Assembly (NCBI GenBank): GCA_964615915.1 | Contig: CAZTSQ010000002.1 | Location: forward strand, 25,119 to 89,118 | Direction of reading: 5' to 3' | Length of the DNA stretch: 64,000 bases | Origin: an uncultured Sangeribacter sp. | Lineage (GTDB): Bacteria; Bacteroidota; Bacteroidia; Bacteroidales; Muribaculaceae | In this document: one piece after another, positions 49,759-60,063 of the stretch | Layout of the letters: each line of letters opens with the position of its first letter | How positions within the stretch are numbered: position 1 is the stretch's first letter | Position numbers and translations under genes: made by a program | Notes under the pieces: generated by a model | Databases searched by the model: none | What the model was told of the DNA's origin: nothing | Seen by the model: the letters and a program-made list of their open reading frames with translations, nothing else

Positions 49759-52431
49759 TTATTTGTCTTCTGCCTCTTCTTCTTCGTCAATCTCTTCGGC
49801 CCCGTCGACGATTTCTTCGATCTCCTCGTCAAGTTCGGGATCGTCGATCTCTTCTTCGACCTCGACTTCTTCTACCGTGTCGTCGACTTCGGGTGTAGAC
49901 AGCACCGACATTGCCTCTCTGGCCTCGCGTTCTTCATCGCTCAGCTGTTCGTCGATTTCTTCGGTGACCTCTTCTTCGGGTTCGCTGTCGACCTTGCAGA
50001 CCGAAGCGATCGAGTCGCCGCGTTTCTTGAGGTCGATGAGCTTGACACCCTGGGTTGCGCGTCCCTGCACCGAGATATTCTTCAGAGGCATTCGAAGCGT
50101 GATTCCGCTCTGGTTGATGATCATGAGATCGTCTTCGTCGGTAACGTTGAGGATCGCGATGAGCTCTCCGGTCTTCTCAGTGACATTCAGGGTCTTGACA
50201 CCTTTACCACCGCGGTTTGTGATTCGGTAGTCGTCGAGCTTCGAACGCTTGCCATAGCCCTTTTCAGAAACGACCATGATGGTGTGTTCGGAATCGGCCG
50301 GCATCGTGATCATGCCGACAACTTCGTCGCCCTCTTCTCCAAGGGTCATTCCCTTGACACCGGTCGACATTCGGCCCATCTCCCTCACCTTGCTCTCGGG
50401 GAAGCGGATTGCGCGGCCCTCACGGTCGGCGAGGATTACCTCACTCGCTCCGTCGGTCAGTCGAACCTGAATCAGGCGGTCGTCTTCGCGAATGATGATT
50501 GCGTTGACACCCATCTGGCGAGGACGGGAGTATGCGGCGAGGGGGGTCTTTTTCACTATACCGTTCTTGGTGGCGAAGATGAGGTTGTACCTCATGTTCT
50601 CTTCCGGATCGAGCAGACGTTGTTTCGGAATACAGATAGTGGCGTTAACCTTGTCTTCGGCCGAGATATTCAGCAGGTTCTGAATTGCGCGACCCTTCGA
50701 GTTCTTGGCCATCTCGGGGATTTCGAAGACGCGCAGCCAGTAGCATCGGCCGCTGTTGGTGAAGAAGAGCATATAATCCTGATTGTTTGCAGAATAGATG
50801 CTCTCGATGAAGTCCGAGTCTCGGGTAGTCGAGCCTTTCGAGCCGACACCCCCACGGTTCTGAGAACGGAACTCAGAAAGGGGAGTGCGCTTGATGTAAC
50901 CGAGGTGGGAGATGGTGATGACCATCTCGTCGTTCGAGTAGAACTGATCTTCGTTGAAGTTGGCGCTTCCCTTCGGGTTAATGCGGGTCCGACGTTCGTC
51001 GCCGTACTTGTCTCTGATTTCGATCAGCTCGTCTTTCATCACCTGACGGCAAACCTCATCGTTGTTGAGGATTTCGTTTAGATGCTGGATGAGCTTCATC
51101 AGCTCCTCGTACTCATCTTTCAGTTTCTGCATCTCCAGTCCGGTCAACTGGCGGAGACGCATCTCGACGATGGCGCGGGTCTGGATTTCGTCGAGATCAA
51201 AGCGTTTGCCGAGTTCTTCTCGTGCTTCGTCGGTAGACTGAGAATGGCGGATGATGTGGATGACCTCGTCGATATTGTCGACGGCCTTCATCAAGCCTTC
51301 GAGGATATGTGCGCGCTCTTCGGCCTTACGGAGCTCGTAACGAGTGCGTCGGATGACCACTTCGTGTCTATGGCCAACAAATGCCTCAAGCAGTTCCTTG
51401 AGGTTTAGGGTCTTGGGTCGGCCATTGACAAGCGCGACATTGTTGACACTGAATGAAGTCTGAAGAGCGGTCATCTTGTAGAGCTTCGTCAAGACGACCT
51501 TCGAGTTGGCGTCGCGTTTGAGGTCGATCACGATCTTAATCACTCCGCGGGCCGATGTATCCTTGATGTCGGAGATGCCGTCAATTTTCTTCTCCTCAAC
51601 GAGGTGGGCGATGCTCTTAACGAGCTCGTCTTTCAAGACTCCATAGGGAATCTCGGAGACGATGATCTGGTCGTGCGTACCTGTGTTCTCCACCTCAGTC
51701 TTTGCGCGGAGGATAATGCGTCCGCGGCCGGTTTCGTAGGCCGAACGCACCCCGTCGAGTCCGAAGATCTCTCCGCCTGTCGGGAAGTCGGGAGCCGAGA
51801 TGTGGGTCATCAGCTCGTCGATCGTGATCTCCGGCTTGTCAATCAGCGCGATCGAGGCGTTGAGTGACTCGGTAAGGTTGTGGGGAGGCATGTTTGTGGC
51901 CATACCCACGGCGATACCGGCGGCGCCGTTGACGAGCAACTGAGGGAAACGGGTCGGGAGGACGGTCGGCTCTTTCGAGGTGTTGTCGAAGTTGGGAACG
52001 AAGTCGACGGTGTCGGCGTCAATGTCGCGAAGCATCTCTTCGCCCATGCGTGAGAGTTTGACCTCAGTATAACGCATGGCCGCCGGCGAGTCGCCGTCGA
52101 TAGAACCGAAGTTACCCTGTCCGAAAACGAGCGGATAGCGAAGTGACCACTCCTGAGCCATACGGACCATCGTCATGTAGATCGAGCTGTCACCGTGGGG
52201 GTGATAGTGACCCATCACGTCACCGACTATACGCGCTGATTTCTTTGTGTTTCCCGAGAAGGGAGTTCCTGTCTCGTTCATGCCGTAGAGCACACGGCGG
52301 TGAACCGGTTTGAAGCCATCTCGAACGTCGGGAAGCGCACGCGAAACTATCACCGACATGGAGTAGTCGATGTAGGCGCTCTTCATTTCCGACTCGATAC
52401 TTATCGGAATTATTTTATCTTCTCCTTGCAT
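49759..52431 (-). CDS. gyrA: DNA gyrase subunit A
   Basis: [22 protein letters not shown], catalytic AAMRYTE, GyrA box QNRGGVG, beta-pinwheel repeats, acidic tail. -7 box TAACTTTG at 52561-52568. Confidence 0.98.
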   Translation of the reverse strand: MQGEDKIIPISIESEMKSAYIDYSMSVIVSRALPDVRDGFKPVHRRVLYGMNETGTPFSGNTKKSARIVGDVMGHYHPHGDSSIYMTMVRMAQEWSLRYPLVFGQGNFGSIDGDSPAAMRYTEVKLSRMGEEMLRDIDADTVDFVPNFDNTSKEPTVLPTRFPQLLVNGAAGIAVGMATNMPPHNLTESLNASIALIDKPEITIDELMTHISAPDFPTGGEIFGLDGVRSAYETGRGRIILRAKTEVENTGTHDQIIVSEIPYGVLKDELVKSIAHLVEEKKIDGISDIKDTSARGVIKIVIDLKRDANSKVVLTKLYKMTALQTSFSVNNVALVNGRPKTLNLKELLEAFVGHRHEVVIRRTRYELRKAEERAHILEGLMKAVDNIDEVIHIIRHSQSTDEAREELGKRFDLDEIQTRAIVEMRLRQLTGLEMQKLKDEYEELMKLIQHLNEILNNDEVCRQVMKDELIEIRDKYGDERRTRINPKGSANFNEDQFYSNDEMVITISHLGYIKRTPLSEFRSQNRGGVGSKGSTTRDSDFIESIYSANNQDYMLFFTNSGRCYWLRVFEIPEMAKNSKGRAIQNLLNISAEDKVNATICIPKQRLLDPEENMRYNLIFATKNGIVKKTPLAAYSRPRQMGVNAIIIREDDRLIQVRLTDGASEVILADREGRAIRFPESKVREMGRMSTGVKGMTLGEEGDEVVGMITMPADSEHTIMVVSEKGYGKRSKLDDYRITNRGGKGVKTLNVTEKTGELIAILNVTDEDDLMIINQSGITLRMPLKNISVQGRATQGVKLIDLKKRGDSIASVCKVDSEPEEEVTEEIDEQLSDEEREAREAMSVLSTPEVDDTVEEVEVEEEIDDPELDEEIEEIVDGAEEIDEEEEAEDK

Positions 52432-52690
52432 CTTTAATTTAGGTTTGTCTTCCGGCTAAACGGAGGCATTAGCCCGTCGCTTAGAGGCGGCACCGGAGGA
52501 TGTGGCGAAGGCGCGGAGAGGAGAACCGACACCTATTTTATATGTGGCCGCAACGATTTGCAAAGTTAGCAAAAAATTCCGAAATAACCGCGTTAGGCGC
52601 CTCTGAAAATCGGCTTGAGGCACCCACCAACTTCATCGTTTCGTTAAAAATTGCCAATTTCGCCTCTTTAAACCCGTTTCCTCGAATTTT

Positions 52691-52728
52691 TGGCACGACT
52701 TTTGACTTTTTACCCTCTCACAACGTTA
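52691..52728 (+). promoter_or_regulatory. Overlapping sigma54-like and ECF-like promoter motifs upstream of clpC
   Basis: TGGCACG-ACTT-TTGA (52691-52705) resembles -24/-12 TGGCACG-N4-TTGC; TGAC-N17-CGTTA at 52703-52728. Confidence 0.55.
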
Positions 52729-52803
52729 ATATAGACGGGGAGACACGTTTTCCCGTCTTTCCTCCCACTCTCTCCCCGGTTGGAAAAACAAAATTATTAC
52801 TGG

Positions 52804-55350
52804 ATGAAAAACGATTTTTCAAAACAATTCAGGCCAGTGCTTGAATCTGCCTACTCGGTTTCTCAAGAGTTCGGGACCCCTCTGCTGGTTCCGGAGCATT
52901 TTGTGCTCTCAGCTCTCAGAGACCGTCAGGGCTACGCTTTTAAAATCCTCTCTCAGCTCAATATTCCGATCGACACAATGGTTACGGAACTTGAGGACTA
53001 TATAAGGACTATGACTCCTCAAGGGGAGTCGACGACCCTTTTCGAACAGCGCTTCCGAATCACTCTCTCAGCCGTTCGTCTGCTTCAGCTTGCAATCGCC
53101 GAGGCCCGAAAAATGAATGTCTCGACCGTCGGCGGCGAACATATTATCCTCGCGCTGATGCACGACCGTCGTGCCGTGGATTCAGACTTCCTTCTTGATT
53201 TCAAGGAGAAGTACCTGAACTTCGACATCTCTATCCAAAATATCGGCGGACCTACTCAGCAGCCGACCGACCAGTCATCGTCAGACGATGATGACGACAT
53301 GGAAGAGCTCATGGGTGGACCCGAACAGGGCTCACGTCAGAGTGCGCAAGGCTCGAAACGCGGGTCGTCTCAGGCTCCCAAGTCTTCGACTCCTACCCTC
53401 GACAAGTTCGGTTACGACATGACCAAGGCTGCCGCCGAAGGTCGTCTCGACCCTGTTGTCGGTCGTGAAATAGAGATCGAACGTCTGGCTCAGATCCTTT
53501 CACGTCGAAAGAAAAACAATCCGGTGCTCATCGGTGAGCCGGGTGTCGGTAAGTCTGCTATCGTTGAAGGCCTTGCTTTGCGAATCAACCAGCGAAAGGT
53601 ATCGCGTGTCCTTTTCGGCAAGCGCGTGATCGGCCTCGATATGGCCGGAATGGTTGCCGGCACTAAATATCGCGGTCAGTTTGAGGAGCGTATCAAGGCT
53701 GTTCTCGATGAAGTCTCCAAGAATCCCGATGTAATCCTCTTTATTGACGAGATCCATACGATCGTCGGCGCCGGAGGCGCGCCCGGTTCTATGGACGCCG
53801 CCAATATGCTCAAGCCGGCTCTCGCGCGCGGTGAGATTCAGTGCATCGGTGCCACTACGCTCGACGAGTATCGCCAGAATATCGAGAAGGATGGAGCACT
53901 CGAGCGCCGTTTCCAAAAGGTGATGGTCGAACCTACCACTCCCGAGGAGACTCTCGCCATTCTCGAGCAGGTGAAAGAGAAATATGAGAAGCATCACAAT
54001 GTCTATTATACAGACGATGCGATCAAGGCCTGTGTAGATCTGACCGGTCGTTATATTTCGGACCGTAACTTCCCTGATAAGGCTCTCGATGCGCTCGACG
54101 AAGCCGGTTCTCGAGTTCACATCACCAATGTTGTGGTTCCTGAAGAAATCGAGAAACTCGAGGGCGAACTGGAGAAGACTAACGCCGACAAATTGGCGGC
54201 CGCAAAATCTCAGGACTTTGAACTGGCAGCCTCTTTGCGCGATAAGGAAACGAAGTTGCGAGCTTCTCTCGATCAGGCCAAGGCGGAGTGGGAGAAAACT
54301 CTCGACGCCGAGCGCCAGGAGGTGAACGAAGAGAAGGTGGCCGAGGTTGTAGGCATGATGTCGGGCGTTCCGACCCAGAGAATCGCCCAAGCCGAGGGTT
54401 CACGTTTGATAAAGATGGGTGACGAACTTCGCGGAAGCGTGATCGGCCAGGATGAAGCCATCAAAAAGGCTGTCAAAGCCATTCAGCGCAACCGCATCGG
54501 CCTCAAGGATCCCAATAAGCCTATCGGCACGTTCATGTTCCTCGGTCCCACCGGTGTCGGAAAGACTCATCTCGCCAAGAAGTTGGCAGAGTATCTCTTC
54601 GATTCGACAGATTCCCTCATCCGCCTCGACATGTCGGAGTACATGGAGAAGTTCACCGTGTCTCGTCTCGTCGGAGCGCCTCCGGGATACGTTGGATATG
54701 AAGAGGGCGGTCAGTTGACCGAGAAGGTTCGTCGCCATCCCTATTCGGTTGTCCTTCTCGATGAGATCGAAAAAGCTCACCCCGACGTCTTCAACCTTTT
54801 GCTTCAGGTGATGGACGAAGGCCGATTGACTGACTCTCTCGGGCGCAAGATCGACTTCAAGAACACGATCATCATCATGACGTCTAACGTCGGTTCACGC
54901 CAGCTTAAGGAGTTTGGCGGTGGAGTAGGGTTCAACACCGAGTCAGTAAGCAAGGAACAGGCTCACGGCGTGATTTCGAAAGCTCTCAACAGAGTCTTCT
55001 CGCCCGAGTTCCTGAACCGTATCGACGACGTGATTATGTTTGACCAACTTGATCGCGACGCTATCTTCAAGATCATCGATGTGGAGTTGAAAGACTTCTT
55101 CGATCGCGTTGAAAAGCTTGGCTTCAAGCTCAATCTCAGCCCTGAAGCAAAGGATTTCATTGCCGACAAGGGATATGACAAGAACTTCGGAGCCCGCCCG
55201 CTGAAGCGTGCGATCCAGAAGTATCTGGAAGATGATCTCGCCGAGCTGATGTTGACTCTCAACGCAGACGGACAGATCGGCGGCACTATCGATGTGACAC
55301 GTCCCGAGGGTGCTGACAAGCTCAAGTTCGAATACCATCCGCTCGCGTAA
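52804..55350 (+). CDS. clpC: ATP-dependent Clp protease ATP-binding subunit ClpC
   Basis: Clp-N repeats, two AAA modules ([16 protein letters not shown]), UVR motif ([11 protein letters not shown]), ClpP-docking loop GVGF. Confidence 0.95.
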   Translation: MKNDFSKQFRPVLESAYSVSQEFGTPLLVPEHFVLSALRDRQGYAFKILSQLNIPIDTMVTELEDYIRTMTPQGESTTLFEQRFRITLSAVRLLQLAIAEARKMNVSTVGGEHIILALMHDRRAVDSDFLLDFKEKYLNFDISIQNIGGPTQQPTDQSSSDDDDDMEELMGGPEQGSRQSAQGSKRGSSQAPKSSTPTLDKFGYDMTKAAAEGRLDPVVGREIEIERLAQILSRRKKNNPVLIGEPGVGKSAIVEGLALRINQRKVSRVLFGKRVIGLDMAGMVAGTKYRGQFEERIKAVLDEVSKNPDVILFIDEIHTIVGAGGAPGSMDAANMLKPALARGEIQCIGATTLDEYRQNIEKDGALERRFQKVMVEPTTPEETLAILEQVKEKYEKHHNVYYTDDAIKACVDLTGRYISDRNFPDKALDALDEAGSRVHITNVVVPEEIEKLEGELEKTNADKLAAAKSQDFELAASLRDKETKLRASLDQAKAEWEKTLDAERQEVNEEKVAEVVGMMSGVPTQRIAQAEGSRLIKMGDELRGSVIGQDEAIKKAVKAIQRNRIGLKDPNKPIGTFMFLGPTGVGKTHLAKKLAEYLFDSTDSLIRLDMSEYMEKFTVSRLVGAPPGYVGYEEGGQLTEKVRRHPYSVVLLDEIEKAHPDVFNLLLQVMDEGRLTDSLGRKIDFKNTIIIMTSNVGSRQLKEFGGGVGFNTESVSKEQAHGVISKALNRVFSPEFLNRIDDVIMFDQLDRDAIFKIIDVELKDFFDRVEKLGFKLNLSPEAKDFIADKGYDKNFGARPLKRAIQKYLEDDLAELMLTLNADGQIGGTIDVTRPEGADKLKFEYHPLA

Positions 55351-55372
55351 AGAGAGGGAGACATAACTAAGG

Positions 55373-55461
55373 ATTACCCCGGTGGCTGTCAAGTCATCGG
55401 GGGTAATTGTTTTCTTCGGACCATATATAAATGAAAAAAAGCCGGAATAGCTCCGGCTTTT
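55373..55461. terminator. Two terminators between convergent clpC and the PepSY-like gene
   Basis: ATTACCCC..GGGGTAAT plus T-run (55373-55414); AAAAGCCGGA-atagc-TCCGGCTTTT (55437-55461). Confidence 0.75.
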
Positions 55462-55483
55462 GGTGTATTGTATTTCTGTGACT

Positions 55484-55924
55484 TCAGTCGTCATATTTGA
55501 GGAACTTTCCCTCGGAGTTAAATTTCATCTCGACTCCGTTCGAGAGATCTACCTGATATCCTCCACGCTCCTTTTCAATTCCGGTGATGATTGCCTTCGG
55601 CTGGTATTGTTTGACATAGTTGACAATCGCTTCGGGGACGAACTTCTTGGGAACTGAGGTGGTCGGACCCATCTCAATGTCTTTCCAGTTACCGTCGCTA
55701 TCGAAGGTGATCTCGGTGCCGTCGTTCAGGATGACATCGTATTCCGACACACGGCCAAGGGTCTTGTCGATCTTGATATGATTGACGTCAGCCTTGAAAT
55801 TATTCTTGAGAGTGGTACGGGCGGCAACCGGGAGTACGCTCACGTTGTGAGTGTATGTGTCTTTAGCCGAGACTGCGAAGACGGCGCTCAGCAGGACGAG
55901 AAGCGAACAGATAAGTTTTTTCAT
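55484..55924 (-). CDS. PepSY-like (BLIP-like) periplasmic protein
   Basis: Signal peptide and two repeats: LP...F...I..I......Y.V.L.DG.EI.FD..G. Confidence 0.88.
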   Translation of the reverse strand: MKKLICSLLVLLSAVFAVSAKDTYTHNVSVLPVAARTTLKNNFKADVNHIKIDKTLGRVSEYDVILNDGTEITFDSDGNWKDIEMGPTTSVPKKFVPEAIVNYVKQYQPKAIITGIEKERGGYQVDLSNGVEMKFNSEGKFLKYDD

Positions 55925-55996
55925 AGCGTTTGGTTTTGTTTATGAATGAAATGAGGGAGGTAATGCTCTTGAAGTAAGGCTCTTCCTCTAACTAAA

Positions 55997-56022
55997 GAAC
56001 GTTTTGGCGAAAGGTTTGGTTC
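55997..56022 (-). promoter_or_regulatory. Putative ECF-sigma promoter of the PepSY-like gene
   Basis: Minus strand GAAC-N17-CGTTC. Confidence 0.5.
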
Positions 56023-56060
56023 AAAAAAGAACCGCCGGGCGTTATAGATAGCCCGGCGGT
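56023..56060 (-). terminator. Terminator of the T9SS-cargo operon
   Basis: ACCGCCGGGC-N10-GCCCGGCGGT followed by TCTTTTTT on the minus strand. Confidence 0.8.
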
Positions 56061-56105
56061 ATACGAAGGAAATCGTCTTTCACAAGACAAAGTCAGTGGT
56101 TACGA

Positions 56106-57110
56106 TTAGCGTACGATTACTTTGGTTTTCCCTATTATATTCACACCTTTTTGCAGGTTATTGAGTTTTTTACCTTCAAGGTCATAGATCTCTGCCTTGG
56201 CACCCTCTTCGAGTAGAGTCTGGATACCTGTTAATGCAGAACCTATTGCATATTCCGGAAGATCCGAGCCTTCAACGGTGAGGAAGCAACGGAACGGATC
56301 CAAGAATGTCATGTCGTCTTCTACGCGGTAGAATTTCGATGTCTCGTCCATTACGAGGGGTTCGAGAACGTAAGAGCCCATCGGAACCATCGTGTCTTCA
56401 AGTGTTCCTGTCAGCAGACCGGTAGTCAGAGAGGGGAGTTCTTCGGGGAGTTCCGAGGGATCGTAGGTTGCCGAGATGGTGGTGTCGAACAGGCTGATGT
56501 TTTCGAGCAGAACGGGAGTGAAGGCATCCAGAGTGCTGGAGTTGATTTTTTCGAGAACTACATACTCATTCTCAGTCTTCACGACCTTGTAGGCGAGGAG
56601 GTCTTCGGGAATTTCAACATCGACAGGGCTCATGAATGTGCCGTACTTTGTCATGGCTTCGATGGTTGCCTGTGCAAGCTCTCCTTTCGGAAGTTCGCTT
56701 TCGAGAACGAAGTGGGCCTGTAGGTTGAAGACTGTGGGATCTTCTTCTACGTCAGAAGTTGCGAACACCGTGATGATGTTGGGATTGTTGCCAGACGAAT
56801 CATCGGGATAGTAGTAAGTATTCCCATACTGATCGGTGAAGTTGACGAGTACGTAACCGTCAACGGGTTCGTTGTAGATCATAAAACCTACTGTTGCCCC
56901 TCCGTTGGTGTCACCGAAGTCGTCACCGCGCTGTACGTCTTCGTAGACTTTTTCGTCGTCGGAGTTCAGCATGTAGACTGTTCCGAGACCCTTCGAGTTT
57001 TCTGCCACTTCCACGGTAGCCTTTGCGTAATAGAAGTGACTGTTTGCTTTTGCTTCGTGACACATCACGAGACCCAAAAGCATAAGGCTAAGAACGAAAA
57101 TTTTCTTCAT
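56106..57110 (-). CDS. Acidic secreted hypothetical protein with T9SS-type C-terminal signal
   Basis: Signal peptide; tail TGIQ..IYDLEGKKL..LQKGVNII..KVIVR. Confidence 0.75.
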   Translation of the reverse strand: MKKIFVLSLMLLGLVMCHEAKANSHFYYAKATVEVAENSKGLGTVYMLNSDDEKVYEDVQRGDDFGDTNGGATVGFMIYNEPVDGYVLVNFTDQYGNTYYYPDDSSGNNPNIITVFATSDVEEDPTVFNLQAHFVLESELPKGELAQATIEAMTKYGTFMSPVDVEIPEDLLAYKVVKTENEYVVLEKINSSTLDAFTPVLLENISLFDTTISATYDPSELPEELPSLTTGLLTGTLEDTMVPMGSYVLEPLVMDETSKFYRVEDDMTFLDPFRCFLTVEGSDLPEYAIGSALTGIQTLLEEGAKAEIYDLEGKKLNNLQKGVNIIGKTKVIVR

Positions 57111-57117
57111 AAGCTTA

Positions 57118-58329
57118 TCATTTTAGGATGGTTTGTTTTTTGATTGGTAGGAAGGTGAAGCGGTTCGAGAGATAGTTTGCAAAGCCTTCCTGATAGCGTT
57201 TCGCCGCTACGAACGAGGCGCCGGTTGAGATTGCTACGATAATGAGTGCCGGGTCCGTGAGAGAGTGGGGGATGAGTATCATCGTCGCGCTCCAGATGAG
57301 AATCACTATGCCGTAAGGCATTTCCCATTTATCGCGCCACTTCCAGAAGATGGCCGGGAGCGGATTGAACGGAATCAGGAGCCAGCTCCATTCTGTAGCA
57401 CACAGGGACGAGAAGAAGACCAGATAAACGTTGACTAATCCCAGAACGAACTGCAGGACAACAAGGAACTTCAGCATTACCTGTCGGCCTATCAGTATAT
57501 TGGCGACCGTCAAGATTAGAATGATAGTGGCCAGAATCATCGGTGTTAACCAAATTCTCTTTGAAGGCTTGGACTCATTGACCTTTTGGATAGGCGCCGC
57601 CGAAATCAAGGGTTGGTCCATCAGTCGGCTGTTTTTCAAGAGTTCAATGAGTACAGTCGGTGTGATGGCCTTTTCCTTGGGTGGGACTTCACTGTTGGCC
57701 GAGCCGTTGGTCAGAATATTGATGGCCACGCGTGTCCAAGGCGAGTCTTCAAGTTCGGCGGTCAGAATCTCACGACGGTTTTTCTCGAAAACCGGGGGGA
57801 GATTTCTGAACTCCAGCCGTCTGTGTCCGAGGGCTTCCTCAAGGATATGGAGAACACTTATCGCACATCCACGCTCAATGTAGTCATACGGAAGCTCCAT
57901 TCCCTGGTCTACGTATCCGTCGAGAACTCTCCAGAGGTCTTGTTTGACAGCAATAGGGAGATTAAGGGGATACTCGGTCACACTGCGACCCTCTTCCTTG
58001 TAGCTATTGAAGAAGTCGGCCGTGGGGACAGCGCGCATACCCATTTTTAGATGACCTCCGAGAAAGGAGAGGACTCTATCGGTTACGTTTTCACTTTCAT
58101 AGCTGAAGCAATAGTCCATTCCGGCCGAGGGACACTGCATGCGGAAACACGCATGTCCGGCACAGGAATAGAGGGTTTCTCCGGGCCCGGTTACAATGAC
58201 CGAGGCCCGAACGAAATCTTCCGGCGGATTGGCCGGTGGAAGAGCGTCACATGACAAAGCCCCACCTGCGACGGCCAGCAACAGGGTTCCCAACCGACTA
58301 ATAAGTTTTTGTATACGAACTTTTATCAT
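57118..58329 (-). CDS. DUF4105-domain membrane protein (Lnb-like lipoprotein N-acyltransferase family)
   Basis: PGETLYSCAGHACFR (His), D.CFSY, YDYIERGCA (Cys), and a C-terminal bundle of about five TM helices with PFNPLP. Confidence 0.72.
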   Translation of the reverse strand: MIKVRIQKLISRLGTLLLAVAGGALSCDALPPANPPEDFVRASVIVTGPGETLYSCAGHACFRMQCPSAGMDYCFSYESENVTDRVLSFLGGHLKMGMRAVPTADFFNSYKEEGRSVTEYPLNLPIAVKQDLWRVLDGYVDQGMELPYDYIERGCAISVLHILEEALGHRRLEFRNLPPVFEKNRREILTAELEDSPWTRVAINILTNGSANSEVPPKEKAITPTVLIELLKNSRLMDQPLISAAPIQKVNESKPSKRIWLTPMILATIILILTVANILIGRQVMLKFLVVLQFVLGLVNVYLVFFSSLCATEWSWLLIPFNPLPAIFWKWRDKWEMPYGIVILIWSATMILIPHSLTDPALIIVAISTGASFVAAKRYQEGFANYLSNRFTFLPIKKQTILK

Positions 58330-58344
58330 GCGTCTTATACTCTG

Positions 58345-60063
58345 TTAACGAATAATTACTTTCGAGGACTTGTCTCCTTTGCGGACAACGACGGGAGTAC
58401 CTTTCGGAAGAGTCTTTCCGTTCAACTTTTGACCATCGAGCGTATAGACAGCTTCGATTTCCTCGAGGTTACCGGCGATTTCCGAAACCTCAGAGGTGGA
58501 AACGCCATTCATCTTCAGTGACTCAGGCACCCAGTGGCCGTTCTTGATTTCCGCTTCCCAGATCACAGTCGATGTTTCTTTGTTGGGATCAAGGGGTACG
58601 GGGAAGTGGAACAGTCTCGGTTCCCATTCTCCGGCCATTTCCTGTTCGGCCCAGCTGACAAAATACAGCTTGTACTTACCGTCAGGGCGAGGAGTGGCGC
58701 CATCTGTGTCGTGCAGCAGTCCGGAAGCGTAATATTCCTCGGGAAGCATGAGCCCTCCGATTACCGGAATAGTTAAGCCATCTTCCCAGGCACTGTAGAA
58801 GAAGGGGAGAACGACAGCGTGATCATTTTCACCCTGAACCACAAGTCCGAGGAGCCCCTTAAAGTTAAGGGCAGAGAAGTTGTATACAGCCACCGATTCT
58901 ATTTCCAGGTTATCGTCGACAAACTTCAGTGTCGGGTACTCATATGTTCCGAAAAATGATTCATATTCCGCACCTTCGGCCGGTTTCGCAGAGGGATTCA
59001 ATCCGATGACCATAAGCTGGTCGTCACAGAAGTTGTACTTGATCTCTGATCCTACATACGGATCCATATAGGAAGGTGTGAGACCCGAGAGAACGGAGAT
59101 GTCGAAATATCCGTTGGCCGAACCTCCCCAGCCCCAGTTGACGTGTACGAACCCTTTGCTGTCCATTCCGTCAAGAACGAAGGCGTGGCCCATGCGTGCC
59201 GGATCGGTAGCAGCGTAAAGAATAGGTCGTTTGGCCTCGATTTCTGAGTGGACCATGTCAACCCACTGCTTGTCTGTGTAGTAGATGCGGGTTCTCACGC
59301 GAAGTGACAGAGAGTCGTAGGCCATGTTATGGGCGAGACCATTGCCACCGTCATAGAGGTTGGCTCCCGATCCCTGAGATGTGTAGACCATCTTCGTGGC
59401 ATAACCACAGTCTCTCATCAGCTCAGCAACAGCCTGGGCTTGTTCTTCAGTATAGCCCATTCTGTAGCGGTCGAGCATCTGATCCCACTTGTATTCGGTC
59501 GACATTTTCACTTCATTATAGCTTTGACCGTCTGTGGAGTAGAAACCGATTCCTTCCGATTTGGGAGGGTATTGGAAATACTTCAAGACCTGAGCCATGG
59601 CAGTCGCCACACAACCGGTCTGAGCCTTTCCGCCCCAGAAACCTCCGACGGCAGGACAAAGATTGTTGTACGGACTGTCCTGTTCCCAAGCGGTCTTCAG
59701 CATCGGACTCACTTCTTCGAAGGGCGCATATGAAACCGGCATCAGATTTTCACGCTCTGTGAGAACTCTGTCTGCTTGAGACAGCCACCACTGCAGACCA
59801 TCGGGCAAATTGTCAAGGTCAAGGGTGTTGTCGGAATATCCGATTACGGGCGCTGTTGATGTAGAGCGGCTGACCACAACATAACCTCCTTCTGAAGAAC
59901 CGTAGACCGACACCATATCCTTCTCGATAAGTGTCTTCATCTCCGAATTCTTGAGGTTAAGCTGCGTGCGGGCGCACTTTCTCATTTCGGACTCACTCCG
60001 CTCCCAGGCTCCTGATGTGAGAGCCGGGAGAAGAGCAAGAGCTAATATCAGAACCTTTTTCAT
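58345..60063 (-). CDS. C10 (streptopain-like) cysteine peptidase with prodomain and T9SS-type tail
   Basis: Prodomain GGYVVVS..PVIGYSD; WEQDSPYN; TGCVATAMAQ (Cys); GHAFVLDG (His); HVNWGWGG; tail YTLDGQKL..KVIIR. Confidence 0.93.
   Translation of the reverse strand: MKKVLILALALLPALTSGAWERSESEMRKCARTQLNLKNSEMKTLIEKDMVSVYGSSEGGYVVVSRSTSTAPVIGYSDNTLDLDNLPDGLQWWLSQADRVLTERENLMPVSYAPFEEVSPMLKTAWEQDSPYNNLCPAVGGFWGGKAQTGCVATAMAQVLKYFQYPPKSEGIGFYSTDGQSYNEVKMSTEYKWDQMLDRYRMGYTEEQAQAVAELMRDCGYATKMVYTSQGSGANLYDGGNGLAHNMAYDSLSLRVRTRIYYTDKQWVDMVHSEIEAKRPILYAATDPARMGHAFVLDGMDSKGFVHVNWGWGGSANGYFDISVLSGLTPSYMDPYVGSEIKYNFCDDQLMVIGLNPSAKPAEGAEYESFFGTYEYPTLKFVDDNLEIESVAVYNFSALNFKGLLGLVVQGENDHAVVLPFFYSAWEDGLTIPVIGGLMLPEEYYASGLLHDTDGATPRPDGKYKLYFVSWAEQEMAGEWEPRLFHFPVPLDPNKETSTVIWEAEIKNGHWVPESLKMNGVSTSEVSEIAGNLEEIEAVYTLDGQKLNGKTLPKGTPVVVRKGDKSSKVIIR

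Noticed and set aside
52175-52215. Quinolone-resistance change in the GyrA QRDR
   Set aside because: The Ser83-equivalent is retained (HGDSSIY). The GHYHPHGD variant is unusual, but I cannot support any phenotype.
49759-55350. Apparent excess of TCGA tetramers
   Set aside because: Explained by NTC-GAN codon pairs in highly expressed genes; not quantified.
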